From contig CAWCPV010000019.1 in NCBI GenBank assembly GCA_963797555.1, positions 1-64,000 on the forward strand: a DNA stretch of 64,000 nucleotides, read 5' to 3'. Below, piece after piece: positions 43,015 to 53,711 of the stretch. This DNA comes from an uncultured Gammaproteobacteria bacterium. GTDB lineage: Bacteria > Pseudomonadota > Gammaproteobacteria > CAWCPV01. Every line of letters begins with the position of its first letter. Within the stretch, counting starts at the first letter, position 1. The notes beneath the pieces were generated by a model. That model was not told the DNA's origin. It did not search any database and was given only the letters and a program-made list of their open reading frames with translations. The position numbers and the translations under genes were made by a program.

Positions 43015-43289
43015 TATCTTGCCTGGAGTGCAACGCCTCGAGCCTTCTCCACCGCCGACCCTCCGCCGAGATCACCCACTGCCCCTGATCGCCGTCCCCA
43101 CACAGCCGAAAGAACATCCCCAAGGACCTGTCGACCGCGCGCCAGCACCCGGTCCCACAGTGCTTTTTCCACCTCGTGCGCCGCTTGACCGGCCTGAACG
43201 GCCTGCTCCACATAACCAACCATCTCTCGGACCTGCCCCAGCAACTGCTCACCGTTGACGCTCGCCACCGCTTCATGCATCGTGCTCAT
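43015..43289 (-). pseudogene. ISKra4-family transposase N-terminal fragment
   Basis: AHEVEKALW..VL..G...LGMFF.LCGDGDQG...RRL...H.R. Confidence 0.6.
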
Positions 43290-44035
43290 CAACTTGATCG
43301 AGCCGCAGGGTTGTACTTTTCTTGCATCATGGACCCCAGTCGAAGCGTCGTATTCCGGCCACGACATCCCAGGCAGCCCGACCTTTAAAATATTCTCGAC
43401 CCGGGCGGGGGCGCGGCGCGAGCAGACCCCCACTGCGGGGAAGAGCGCACCGCCCGCGTCGCCTCTTACCGACCCGGATTGTCGGGCGAGTGTCAGTCAC
43501 GCTGTCCCCCGTCCTGAGTGCGGCAGGCAACGCGGAGCGCTCAGCCCCCTGCGCTCATCTCGGGTATGGCCTGTAGGCTACAATGGGAGGGTTATTTTCA
43601 AGGCATCAATACCTGCGCCGGTAGCACCCAATGAATGGAGAAGTCACGATAGCGCATCACCACCGACCGGATACTGCAAAGGGCGCATCTGCATTGGGTG
43701 CCACACATCGAAAGCGCACGCGCGCAAGCCCTCGCCTCCCCGGAGGTCCCGCCGTACCGCATATCCCCATGGCCACCAGGCGGTTTGCTCACACCTGCTC
43801 CCATGCCTCGCGGTCGGCGAGAAGCTTAGGGGCGTGCACGTGATTTCTCGCAGCCCGGCCGCGCGCCTGCGGCCGGCGTTCGAATTCCTGCAGGCACAGG
43901 GCTGCGCCGACGCCGCGGAGGGCTTGCCCTGCTGGCAAAGGTGCGGCGCGCAGACCGAGGAAGCGGAACGACACGACTGAGCCGCTTGTTTTTCCGCTAG
44001 CTCCAAGAGCAGCGCCCGGTCTGCGGCGTCGGAAG

Positions 44036-45132
44036 ATGTCGTCCTATCGGGCCGGGGCGCCATCCTCTACGATTTCTTTCTGGTACCCGGGGGCGCGGAG
44101 CATGTCGCCACGGTCCTGGGGGACACTTTCGCGGAGGCGGACTTGGTGTTCGGCTCCATCGCAGAGCAATGTCGCGGCGAGTTGGCCCGGTTCGGCAATC
44201 GCGTGGTGGATCTGGGGGCAGGAGCTTCCGGTGCCGAGGAGCGGGCGATCAGGACCATGCGTGCCTTTCGACGGCGCACGAAGTTTCTTGCGGCCTATGA
44301 CTGGGTGATCTACAGCGGCAGCTACGGACCGATGGCGGTGCACAATCACCCGGCGGGGCGGAATATTCTGTACTGCCACACCATTCCGCGCTTTGCCTAT
44401 GACCTCAGGGACTATTATCGCCGCCACACCCCTGTGCTCCTGCGTCCCGCACTCTGGGCCTTGGGGCACTATGTCCGCCGGCGCTACGAACGGGCCTTCG
44501 CGCACATGGACGCGGTCGCGGTGAACTCCGAGAACGTGCAGACCCGCGTGCAGGCCTTCCTGGGCGGGCCGTCTCGAGTGATCTATCCGCCCTGCGACAC
44601 GGCCGCGTTTCGCTGGCTGGGACAAGCCGATTATTATCTCTCGACCGCGCGCGCGGAGCCCTACAAGCGCCTCGACACCATCGTGAAGGCATTCGCGGCC
44701 ATGCCCGATCGACGCTTGATCGTCACCTCGGGGGGAAGCGAGCTGGCGATGTTGAGGCGCATCGCCGCTGGGGCGCTCAACATCGAGTTTACCGGCTGGG
44801 TGAGCAAGCAGGCGCTCGCGGAGCTGGTAGGCCGTTCCATCGCTACCATCTACTTGCCCCGGGACGAGGATTTCGGCCTCTCCCCGGTGGAATCCATGGC
44901 CGCGGGGAAACCGGTAATCGGCGTGGACGAGGGTGGGCTGCGGGAGACCATCGTCGACGGGGAAACCGGCATGCTGCTGCCAAGCCCCCCTTCGGCTCAG
45001 GGACTGACCAATGCCGTGAGGACGCTCGGGCCGCGGCGTGCTCAATCCATGCGTACGGCGTGTGAAGCCCAGGCGCGAAGATTCGAAGTGGAGCACTTCC
45101 AGAAGCAGATGCGGAGCCTGGTTCGGGGTTAG
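44036..45132 (+). CDS. glycosyltransferase family 4 (start uncertain, probable 5' frameshift)
   Basis: YDFFLVPGGAEHV, YCHT.PRFAYD, VIYPP, EDFGLSPVESMAAGKPVI. Confidence 0.8.
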
Positions 45133-45323
45133 CGCAGATTCGGGTATCTGTACGCGGAGGTATGTGCGTTTCTTGTTCCCCGCGGACGAATCAATGGGGC
45201 TGGCGCTTACGGCGCACGGGTAACTGCTCCCCCAATACCCATGAACCGGCATGTCCATGGCCATCCCGGGCGCCACGCCACAAGGACGCTTCGCGGGGTG
45301 GCGCATTGCTTTCTGGGCAGTCC

Positions 45324-46031
45324 CTAACGGGACTGGTTCCATTGATGGTAGGCGACGAGCACCTTGTCCGCGCCGTCCACCATGCGCGTCACGCCTTCCT
45401 CGATCCAGGCTACCCGGGAACAGAGATCTCGATGCAGCGCAGGCTGGTGAGACACGAACACCACGGTCTGGCCGGATCGCATCTTGGCCTTCATCGCGTC
45501 GGTGGATTTCTTCGCGAACGACTCGTCGCCCACGCCCAGAACCTCGTCCACCAGGAGCACGTCCGGGCTCATTTCCATCGCCACCGCGAAACCGAGACGG
45601 GCCCGCATGCCCGAAGAATAGGTTTTGAGCGGCTCGTCTATCCAGTCCTGCAGCTCGGCGAATTCGATGATGCGCCCCAGGCGACTCCGCGCCTCCCGCC
45701 GGGAATAGCCCAGCAGCATCGCCCCCATGATGGCATTGTCCCGTCCCGACAGCTCGGAGGAAAAGCCGAGCTGGAGCGTGAGCAAGGATATGGAGACCGG
45801 CTGGTGCACCGTGATCGTGCCAGCGTTCGGCAAGATGATGCCCGCGACCAACCGCAGCAAAGTGGATTTTCCGGCCCCGTTACGCCCTATCAACCCCAGG
45901 GTCTCGCCGCGGTACAGAGTGAAGCTCACGTCCTTCAGCGCTTGGTAGCTGCGGCTGCCCAGCAGCCCATGCCGCACCCGATATGTGCAGCCCACGTTTT
46001 GCAGGGATATCAGAGGCTCGCGGGATTGCAT
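45324..46031 (-). CDS. wzt: polysaccharide ABC transporter ATPase, no C-terminal carbohydrate-binding module
   Basis: GRNGAGKST, YSSGM.ARL.F, LLVDEVLGVGD, VSH. Confidence 0.9.
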   Translation of the reverse strand: MQSREPLISLQNVGCTYRVRHGLLGSRSYQALKDVSFTLYRGETLGLIGRNGAGKSTLLRLVAGIILPNAGTITVHQPVSISLLTLQLGFSSELSGRDNAIMGAMLLGYSRREARSRLGRIIEFAELQDWIDEPLKTYSSGMRARLGFAVAMEMSPDVLLVDEVLGVGDESFAKKSTDAMKAKMRSGQTVVFVSHQPALHRDLCSRVAWIEEGVTRMVDGADKVLVAYHQWNQSR

Positions 46032-46228
46032 GGGCTCATGGAAAGAGAAGGGGGTTCGCTGCAAAGGGCAGCGAAATAACCGCCTCGATCACGGCCCTCC
46101 GCCCGGGAGCTGCAGGATGGGGTAGACCTCGAACCGTGACAGTACCAACGCATTCATGGGTATTTCCCCGGGCCGCTTTCCGAGAGTCAGGGACGGCAGG
46201 GCAAGACACCAGCGCTAATGGTACTCCG

Positions 46229-46996
46229 TCACTGGCAGATACGGGGATACAGGTGATCGAAGCGCCGCACCAACACCAGGGACAGCCAGAGCAGGATCGA
46301 GCCCGCCGCAAACACCTCGAGCAGATAGCCCCAATCCGGCCAGAGGCCGTAGATCAGTACGTCGCGGTAGGTCTTGATCAACCCCGCCATGGGGTTGAGG
46401 TACAGGATGCTGCGGTGCTCGGGCAGCACGATGCTCTGGATGTCGTAGAACACGCCGGAGCCGAAGAACATCAGGGACAGTCCCGTACTGATGATGAACT
46501 TGAGGTCCGGCAGGAACGGCACCAGGGCCGCACACAAGACGCCCGCGGCAAGCACGAACACTCCCTGCACGATCAAGAGCACCGGAAGCGCAAGCCAGCT
46601 CGTGTGGACCGGCGTCGGGTAAAACACCAGAAACAGTAACAGCAAGGCGACGGCGAACAGGTGCTTGAACCCGTCTCGCAGGAACACTTCCACAGGGAAG
46701 AAGGCCTTGGGGATGTTGACCTGGAGCATCAGGCCACCGCCGGCAAGTATGCTGCCGGCTGCGTTGTTGACGGTGCGGTTGAACCAATTCCACGAGGTGA
46801 GCCCGGTGAGCAGGAAGGCGGCGAAGTCTTTTGTGCTGCGATTGAGAAAGAGACCGAAGACCACATAGAACACACCCATGGTCAGTACCGGCTCGATCAC
46901 CCACCAGAGATAGTTCAGGTAGTAGCGCGACACCTCGGTTTTCAGGTTCGCGGCGGTCTTGAACATGAGCAGCCCGAAGAAAGGAGTCTTGTTCAT
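46229..46996 (-). CDS. wzm: polysaccharide ABC transporter permease
   Basis: YLNYLWW.IEP, F.SGVFY, LNPMAGLI..YR; 6 TM; adjacent to wzt. Confidence 0.9.
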   Translation of the reverse strand: MNKTPFFGLLMFKTAANLKTEVSRYYLNYLWWVIEPVLTMGVFYVVFGLFLNRSTKDFAAFLLTGLTSWNWFNRTVNNAAGSILAGGGLMLQVNIPKAFFPVEVFLRDGFKHLFAVALLLLFLVFYPTPVHTSWLALPVLLIVQGVFVLAAGVLCAALVPFLPDLKFIISTGLSLMFFGSGVFYDIQSIVLPEHRSILYLNPMAGLIKTYRDVLIYGLWPDWGYLLEVFAAGSILLWLSLVLVRRFDHLYPRICQ

Positions 46997-47007
46997 TCCC
47001 GAGTGCT

Positions 47008-48342
47008 TCAGCCTGCTAGGGATGCTTGCCCGTTTCGTGTCGCCTCCGGACGGCGTGCCAACGCCGGCGCCAGGACGGCGGCGAGAGCTTGCGCGCGGCT
47101 CTCCCAAGACTCGGCACGCACGCTTTCCAGGGAAAGAGAAAACTCGTCCTCCAGCTCGCCGCGCTGCCAGGAGTGGAGCAGGCGGGTCAGCACGGCGGCG
47201 ATTCGCTGCGGCTCGTCGAGCACGGCAACTCCGCGACGCTGATCGCCAATGAGCGCGGCCGTCGGGTCGTCCGCATTCTTGTAAAGGTGCAGGATGGGGC
47301 GCGCGCTCCCGAGGTACTCGTAGTATTTCCCCGGCACCTGGTAGGACTGGGTGTTCGCGATATTGACCAGCATGGTGGCCTCACGCTGCAGGGCGAGGCA
47401 CGCGAAGTGATCGATTTTCCCCAAGATTGCGACCCGGTCGCCAAGCGCCTCGAGACGACGTTGGAACCCGCCCGCGTCCCCGGCCACGACCAGTCGTATC
47501 GAGGGTATTTGTTGCAGCGCCGCGATCAGATTCACGGGGTTGCGAAACCCCGCGTACAGGCTCCCTGTGTAAAGCAAGGTGAATGTCCCCGGGGGCATGA
47601 CCGCTTCCACCCGGCTGCGCGGCAATGACGATGGTTCCTGTGGGTGGAGGGCAAACCCTTGGGGGATGACCGCGAATTTGCCGGGGCTCCGGCCATGGCG
47701 CCTCTGCAATAGCTCCGCTGCCGCAGCCGTCGTGGTCAGAACGCGGTCCGCTCGGGCGCACACGCTTTGCTCGAACCGCCGATCCAACCAGCGGCGCCAC
47801 CGGGGGGTATAAGGCGTCAGGAGCGGGTCCGCCAGGTCCACGACCCAATACAGACCCGGATACCGCTTCTTGACCAGCCAGCCCAACAGCAGATCCACCC
47901 CGGGCTCGTGCGAGCTCAGCACCACGGAGTAGGCACCTTCGCGAATGAGTGTCCGCAGCCGGCGATAGGCGAACGGCAGCCATTCCGTGCGGACGTCGGG
48001 AAAGAGCAGATGGTCGAGCACCCTGCGCATACCGAGGTAGATGGACTGGACCAGACCCGGTCGCGCGGGGGTTGCCTTCGCCTCCTCCGCACGCTCCGCG
48101 TTCGTTCGGCGGCGGCGCGCCAGCCAACCCGAGACGCCGACGAAGGGCCCGGGAAAGACCCGGTGGACACTGACGCCGGGTTCGAGAACGCCCGAAAATT
48201 GCCACTTGTCCCATATACTCGGCGCCACTACGTCGATCGCGATGCCGCTTCGCGCCAGAGCGTTCGCCAAGTAGAACCAGCGCAGCGACTGGGCCGCCAC
48301 CACGGGCGGGAACTCGTACGCCAGCAACAGGATCTTCGCCAT
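47008..48342 (-). CDS. glycosyltransferase family 4-like
   Basis: AYEFPP, DLADP, LLYTGSLY..RNP, PGKYYEYLG; coupled to wecB. Confidence 0.85.
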   Translation of the reverse strand: MAKILLLAYEFPPVVAAQSLRWFYLANALARSGIAIDVVAPSIWDKWQFSGVLEPGVSVHRVFPGPFVGVSGWLARRRRTNAERAEEAKATPARPGLVQSIYLGMRRVLDHLLFPDVRTEWLPFAYRRLRTLIREGAYSVVLSSHEPGVDLLLGWLVKKRYPGLYWVVDLADPLLTPYTPRWRRWLDRRFEQSVCARADRVLTTTAAAAELLQRRHGRSPGKFAVIPQGFALHPQEPSSLPRSRVEAVMPPGTFTLLYTGSLYAGFRNPVNLIAALQQIPSIRLVVAGDAGGFQRRLEALGDRVAILGKIDHFACLALQREATMLVNIANTQSYQVPGKYYEYLGSARPILHLYKNADDPTAALIGDQRRGVAVLDEPQRIAAVLTRLLHSWQRGELEDEFSLSLESVRAESWESRAQALAAVLAPALARRPEATRNGQASLAG

Positions 48343-49439
48343 CAGGCGTACTCCTGGCGGAGGACTTCCACAATCCGCTCCGCGGCATGGCCGTCGCCAT
48401 AGGGGGATACACCCTTCGCCACGCTCTTGTACTCCTGCTCGTCGTGCAAGAGCCGCTCGGTCTCCGCCACGATCCGCTCGGGTTCCGTGCCGACCAAACG
48501 CACCACGCCGGCCTCGATCGCCTCTGGCCTCTCCGTTTCGTTTCTCAGCACCAAGACGGGCTTCGCCAGCGCCGGCGCCTCTTCCTGAACCCCGCCGGAG
48601 TCGGTGAGGATCAAGTAGGCGGCCTTCATCGCAGCGACAAAGGGCAAATAATCGAGAGGCTCGCACAGCGTGATTCGAGGCTGTTGCGACAGCTCGCGAT
48701 GTACGGGCTCGTGGACATTGGGGTTGGGATGCACCGGATACAGAATGTGGACATCGGGATTGCGGCGCGCGATCTCCCGCAGCGCGTGGATGATGTTCCC
48801 CAGCGGCGCGCCGAAGCTCTCGCGCCTGTGAGCAGTAACCAGCACTAGCCGCTCGTGACGTGGCATGTTCACGCCGATGGCGGACGCCTCGGGCGCGATG
48901 GCCAGCAGCGCGTCGATCACGGGGTTCCCGGTCACGTAGATGTCCCGGTCGCAAATGCCTTCCCGCAACAGACTCTGGCGCGCCCGTTGCGTCGGGGCAA
49001 AGTGCCAGCGCGCGAGGTGTCCCGCGACGATGCGGTTCATTTCTTCCGGAAACGGGTTTCGCAGGTCCCCGGTGCGCAGCCCCGCCTCGACATGACCGAA
49101 CGCGACGTTTCGGTAATAGCTCACCAGGGCCGCCGTCATGACGGTGGTGGTGTCCCCCTCGGCGAGGACCACGTCGGGCCTCTCCTCGAGCAGTACCTCG
49201 TCGAGCTTCGTGATCAGCCTTGCGGTGAGCGCGGCGAGGGTCTGGTTCGGACGCATGACGTCGAGGTCCCGGTCGGCGCGGATCGCGAACAGCGACAGCA
49301 CCTGATCCAGCATCTCTCGGTGCTGTGCAGTGGCCAACACCCGCAGCCTGGCCCAAGGCTCTGCCTGCAACGCGCGGATAACCGGCGCCATCTTGATGGT
49401 CTCGGGACGTGTCCCGACGATGCAGAGAACGTTGGTCAT
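48342..49439 (-). CDS. wecB: UDP-GlcNAc 2-epimerase (non-hydrolysing)
   Basis: GTRPE.IKMAP, GHVEAGLRT, PFPEE.NR, TDSGGVQEEAP, PYGDG. Confidence 0.96.
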   Translation of the reverse strand: MTNVLCIVGTRPETIKMAPVIRALQAEPWARLRVLATAQHREMLDQVLSLFAIRADRDLDVMRPNQTLAALTARLITKLDEVLLEERPDVVLAEGDTTTVMTAALVSYYRNVAFGHVEAGLRTGDLRNPFPEEMNRIVAGHLARWHFAPTQRARQSLLREGICDRDIYVTGNPVIDALLAIAPEASAIGVNMPRHERLVLVTAHRRESFGAPLGNIIHALREIARRNPDVHILYPVHPNPNVHEPVHRELSQQPRITLCEPLDYLPFVAAMKAAYLILTDSGGVQEEAPALAKPVLVLRNETERPEAIEAGVVRLVGTEPERIVAETERLLHDEQEYKSVAKGVSPYGDGHAAERIVEVLRQEYA

Positions 49440-49529
49440 GACAATGTTGGCTGTCTGGGCTCCTATTCGCCAGTTGGCGGTCGTTGCGCGTCCTGATCGG
49501 CAGGTACCGACCCCGGAGATCTGGCTCGC

Positions 49530-50621
49530 CTACTCGGTGAGTACCGTAAATTCACCGAGGTCGAAAACTTCGCCGCTCGGGCAAACGGCCGTCAGAGGCA
49601 CAAGTCGCGGCACTCGAATCAGCTCCGGGGGCACTTCGGCCGACATAACCGTTCCCGCCTCTGCGACCGTCGTCTTTAGACGATAGCCGCCGAGGCTGAG
49701 GTAGCTCACTCTGTCGAAACCCTGCCCGCTAACCCAGAAGGCGGAGCTCCCGTCGGGCTGCAGATTGAAGGACTGGCCGGAGACCGTAGGGCAGGGTCCC
49801 CAGGCGTCGACGCTAAAGGCCGGCCTGTGGCGCGAAACCTCACAGTTCTGCCGGGCGAGGGTTCTGGCGACGAGGGGTAGACTGATAGACTCTCTCCAAT
49901 AGATGCCGTGATCGAAGTAGTGGTCCCCAAACGACTGAATTTCCGCGAATCCGGCCGCGGAAAACTCAGTCACGAGCGACTTCAGGGAAAACACCCGCAT
50001 CTCCAGCGTGCTTCCCTTGCCGCCATGAAAGATCAGGTCCGAGAAGACTTGGGTGCTCCCACCTCTGGTACGGTTGTGCAGCACGGGATGGCCTCTGTGC
50101 TCGCGGATCTCGTACTGGTAAAGATCGGGAAAATGCTCCTGCGTCTCGCCCTCCGGCTTGTAGGGCACGCTGAATATCATCACACCGCCCGACTTTAGCA
50201 ACCGTCTGGCGCTGACGAATGCCCGCGTGACGGGGGGAGCGATGTGCTCGTGGACGTCCGAGGCGATGATGAAATCGAGAGACCCCGCCATGGACTCGGG
50301 GATGTCGGTGATATCGAGCCTCGGCTCTCGATGGAAGTACGTGTTGGTGTAATCCAGCTTCTCGGTCAGGCGCTGGGCGTACCCCTCCCAGTCGCTCAGG
50401 CCGATGCCCTTGAGGTCCTTTCTAACCGGAAAATCCGGCACAGCCCGGCTCTCACCGAATAGCTCCGTGGAAAGGGCATGCACGATGCCGCGCATTCTCA
50501 CGGTGGAGTGACAGGAAGGGCAAGACGGTTCCTCGCGCGCGAACTGGTGCATCGGAGACTCGCAGTGTACCCCGCAGACATTGCAGCGGTATCGCAGATA
50601 GCCGAGTTTGGTATGGCTCAT
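49530..50621 (-). CDS. Zn-ribbon + class I SAM methyltransferase + C-terminal beta domain
   Basis: CNVC...CPSC..TVRMR, DV.EHI, LK.GG..IFSVP, FHGG.G.TLEMR.F. Confidence 0.75.
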   Translation of the reverse strand: MSHTKLGYLRYRCNVCGVHCESPMHQFAREEPSCPSCHSTVRMRGIVHALSTELFGESRAVPDFPVRKDLKGIGLSDWEGYAQRLTEKLDYTNTYFHREPRLDITDIPESMAGSLDFIIASDVHEHIAPPVTRAFVSARRLLKSGGVMIFSVPYKPEGETQEHFPDLYQYEIREHRGHPVLHNRTRGGSTQVFSDLIFHGGKGSTLEMRVFSLKSLVTEFSAAGFAEIQSFGDHYFDHGIYWRESISLPLVARTLARQNCEVSRHRPAFSVDAWGPCPTVSGQSFNLQPDGSSAFWVSGQGFDRVSYLSLGGYRLKTTVAEAGTVMSAEVPPELIRVPRLVPLTAVCPSGEVFDLGEFTVLTE

Positions 50622-52834
50622 GGCTGACACGCTCGGTTCAATCGTCCGAGGACGGTGGACACTCTCTGCTCCCAGGTGTTCGCGCGCGCGACAGCGATGA
50701 GCTTGTCAGCCAGCTCGGCGTCGGAGCACCGTTCCAGCGCGGCCCCGAGGTTGCGCACAAACGCCGCGTGCCCAGCTTCGGCGAGCACGCCTGGGTACTT
50801 CTGGCACTCTTGCAGGTCGGACGTCACTACAGGTTTCCCGCTACTCATATACTCGAACAGCTTGACCGGGGAGACGGCGTCAGTGATCTCGTTTCTCGCG
50901 AACGGGATGATGCAGACGGCAAATGCCTGGAGTATGGCTGGCAGACGGGCGTGAGGGACAGGCGGAAGGAAGTGGACATTCGAGTACCTGCGCTCAAGTT
51001 TGTCGACCTCATGTTGAACGCCCAGCATCGGACCCACGAAAACCAGCTCGCAGTGCGGAAACGCTTTGGCCACCGAGGCGATGAGCGGAAAATCGAGCCA
51101 CTCGGCGATGGCGCCGAAGTAGCCTACTATCGGTTTGCCCCTGCAACGCTCTGTCAGCTCTCGGTCGGGGCCGGCTGCCGCGACACGCTCGATGAAACCC
51201 GCCTCGACCGCATTGTTGAGCAACAGTGTCTTGGATTGGTAACGCTCGGGAATCTTGGACTTGAGCCGGTCGGCGGAGACCGTGATCAGGTCCGCCTCTT
51301 CCAGCAACGCCTGGTGCATGTGCTCCACCTCGTCCGACGGCAGCTCGAGCAGCGACAGCTCGTCCATGTAATCGTAGACGAGCGTAGAGTAATTGATGGC
51401 CCCCAGATACTTCCCGTTATTTGGCCACAGGCAGTAGTACAGCGTTTCCGCCGCGGTGAATGCGTGGTGGAGATAGCCAAGGTACTTCTCGCTGAGTAAG
51501 TACAGCCGTTCGCCGACCCTTTCCGTCACCTCGACCGCGTCTGACCGGTGATTGAGCGTGCCGTATAAGACCAAGCAGCCCGCGTCGGCGAACGCGCCGG
51601 CCAACTGCTGCGGGCGCTGCTTCATCCAGTGGTAGTCGATCGTCGGGGGGAAAACGATGACTTGCTTGAACGGCGACGCGGCTCGGACCCGCTTGACCTC
51701 CTCCATCAGCGGACCGAAGTCGAAGGCCGGCGCGGGCCGGACCGGGTCCGTCCGTCCCGCGATGAGCGACACCACCACGGCCCGCAGGTAGTTGCGTTTC
51801 TGCGTCAGCGAGCCGCGCAGGAACTCGTTCCGAAACACCTCGCCGCGCACCTCCCAGCGCCCCCTCGCGGCCGCCCGGCTGGCGGTCTTGGCGATGACAG
51901 ACCGGCCCCCTGCCTCGGCGCTCTGGATCTGAATCAGCAAGTGCTTGTAGTTCTGGAAGCGCACGCGAATACGCTCGATCGCCGGGTCGATCGCCTCGGC
52001 GCGCCGGGCGTAATCGGCCAGATCGCGGTCGAACTTTCTCCAATAAGACAAGGCCAGGTCGCTGAACGTCCAGCGGATCTGGTGCTTCTGGAAAAAATGC
52101 TCCCGGTTGCGCTCGAACAACTGCCGGTAGTCGGCGTAGCCGAGTTTTTTGAACGACACGCTGCCCTTGTGATAGACGAAGCAATCCTCGACCACCGCGA
52201 GCTTCTGATGCGCCTGAGTGCGCACCCGCAAACAGAAGTCGTCGTCCTCGAACATCCCGACGCCGAAGTCTTCGTCCAGATAGCCGATCGTCTCCGGCAG
52301 CTCGCGCCGCATCGCCACGCAGAAAAATCCCAGTTTCTCCGTATCGAACCAGACGCCGGCCTGCCGCTTGCAGTACTGGTGGGCAAGCTCGGCGAAATTG
52401 CGCTCGGTGAGACCCGGGATCTCGATGCGCTGCTCGTTGCCGCAGGAGTTGGTGACCGGGCCCACCATACCGACCGTGCGATCGGTTTCCAGCAGCCTGA
52501 GGAGTCCGGGCAACCAGCCGTCGGACACCAGAGTGTCGTTGTTGAGAAGCACGATATAGCGGCCTCGCGCCATCCGCATGCCGTCGTTGTTTCCACCGGC
52601 ATACCCTTTGTTCGCCGAATTGAGCTGAACCCGCATGTTCTCGTGGTTACGGCCCAGTCGGGCGAGAAACTCGGGGGTAGCGTCCGCGGATGCGTTGTCC
52701 ACGACGATGAGCTCGTTCACGACGAGGTCTGTGTGCTCGAGGACAGACTCGATGCACGGCCGCGTGGCGTGCTCGAGCTCGTTGTAAGTCAGCACGAGGA
52801 TGCTCGCGTGGAGTTTTGAGGCAACAGCAGGCAC
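50618..52834 (-). CDS. GT2 + GT-B glycosyltransferase fusion
   Basis: VVDNAS.D, LNNDT, G.FEDDD (GT2); QRPQQL, GYFGAI..W, SPVKLFEYMSSGKPVV. Confidence 0.88.
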   Translation of the reverse strand: MPAVASKLHASILVLTYNELEHATRPCIESVLEHTDLVVNELIVVDNASADATPEFLARLGRNHENMRVQLNSANKGYAGGNNDGMRMARGRYIVLLNNDTLVSDGWLPGLLRLLETDRTVGMVGPVTNSCGNEQRIEIPGLTERNFAELAHQYCKRQAGVWFDTEKLGFFCVAMRRELPETIGYLDEDFGVGMFEDDDFCLRVRTQAHQKLAVVEDCFVYHKGSVSFKKLGYADYRQLFERNREHFFQKHQIRWTFSDLALSYWRKFDRDLADYARRAEAIDPAIERIRVRFQNYKHLLIQIQSAEAGGRSVIAKTASRAAARGRWEVRGEVFRNEFLRGSLTQKRNYLRAVVVSLIAGRTDPVRPAPAFDFGPLMEEVKRVRAASPFKQVIVFPPTIDYHWMKQRPQQLAGAFADAGCLVLYGTLNHRSDAVEVTERVGERLYLLSEKYLGYLHHAFTAAETLYYCLWPNNGKYLGAINYSTLVYDYMDELSLLELPSDEVEHMHQALLEEADLITVSADRLKSKIPERYQSKTLLLNNAVEAGFIERVAAAGPDRELTERCRGKPIVGYFGAIAEWLDFPLIASVAKAFPHCELVFVGPMLGVQHEVDKLERRYSNVHFLPPVPHARLPAILQAFAVCIIPFARNEITDAVSPVKLFEYMSSGKPVVTSDLQECQKYPGVLAEAGHAAFVRNLGAALERCSDAELADKLIAVARANTWEQRVSTVLGRLNRACQP

Positions 52835-52934
52835 CTTGGGAGTTGGGCCGTCGGCGGGGATCACGAAGAGTGGGAGGCTCCTGGCTCCTGGGTGCCCCTC
52901 GCCCGCGGACGCCACGGACCTAGCACCACATAGG

Positions 52935-53711
52935 CTAGACCGGGTGTCCGGCCAGTCGCGACACCTCCAGAATCTGGTCGCGATGCGGACCGGCTCGCAT
53001 GGCAAGGATTCTATTCCGAATGAATTCCAATTCATCCCTGGGCACCTCTCGCTTGACTGACTCGGAGGTGCCGCCAACCCGGCCCAGCTCCACCAATTCC
53101 TGCACTCGCACCTGCTGCACGCCAGCCGCTTCCGCCAGAGGCCGCAGACCGTCGGGCCGATACAACAGGTCCTCGTACCAGAAAAAACCCGCGCAATGGG
53201 CGAAAGACAGGTAACTGTCGATGCGAACCAGCCAGCCTTCTAGCCATTGGCTCAAGTCCTGGTCGTCCCAACCGCGCAAGCTGAGCCAGGTATCCAGCGG
53301 GTTGCGTCCGCAGAAGTAGATTTTGATCTCCGGGAAGAGGGACTCCAACAGGTCAATCCCACGTATGTAGTGTCCCACCTCTTTGAAACCGACGCGTCCA
53401 TAGGGGCCGCGGGAATAGATAGCCGACAACGTGACCTTTAGCCCGAGGTCCATCGCAGCACGCACCTGCTCCCAGTCGGGGTTGATGTTGGCGGTAAAAA
53501 CGTCCGAGAATCGACCTTTGGAAAAATATTCAATGCGCTCTTGCATACCGGCCTGACAGAATTTTTCGGCCTCAGTCCTCATCGACAGATAACGCATGAG
53601 CATCCGGCCGTTCTCTCCCCACACGAGAGTTCCCGGGTTCAGATTGAATACCCGTTGCACCAAGGTGCTGCCACAGCGCATCGACACGCCGAAAATCGCG
53701 AGATCCACCAT
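52935..53711 (-). CDS. sulfotransferase family protein
   Basis: MRCGSTLVQR PAPS-binding loop, WGEN, GFKEV, RNPLD.W.S, YEDL. Confidence 0.75.
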   Translation of the reverse strand: MVDLAIFGVSMRCGSTLVQRVFNLNPGTLVWGENGRMLMRYLSMRTEAEKFCQAGMQERIEYFSKGRFSDVFTANINPDWEQVRAAMDLGLKVTLSAIYSRGPYGRVGFKEVGHYIRGIDLLESLFPEIKIYFCGRNPLDTWLSLRGWDDQDLSQWLEGWLVRIDSYLSFAHCAGFFWYEDLLYRPDGLRPLAEAAGVQQVRVQELVELGRVGGTSESVKREVPRDELEFIRNRILAMRAGPHRDQILEVSRLAGHPV

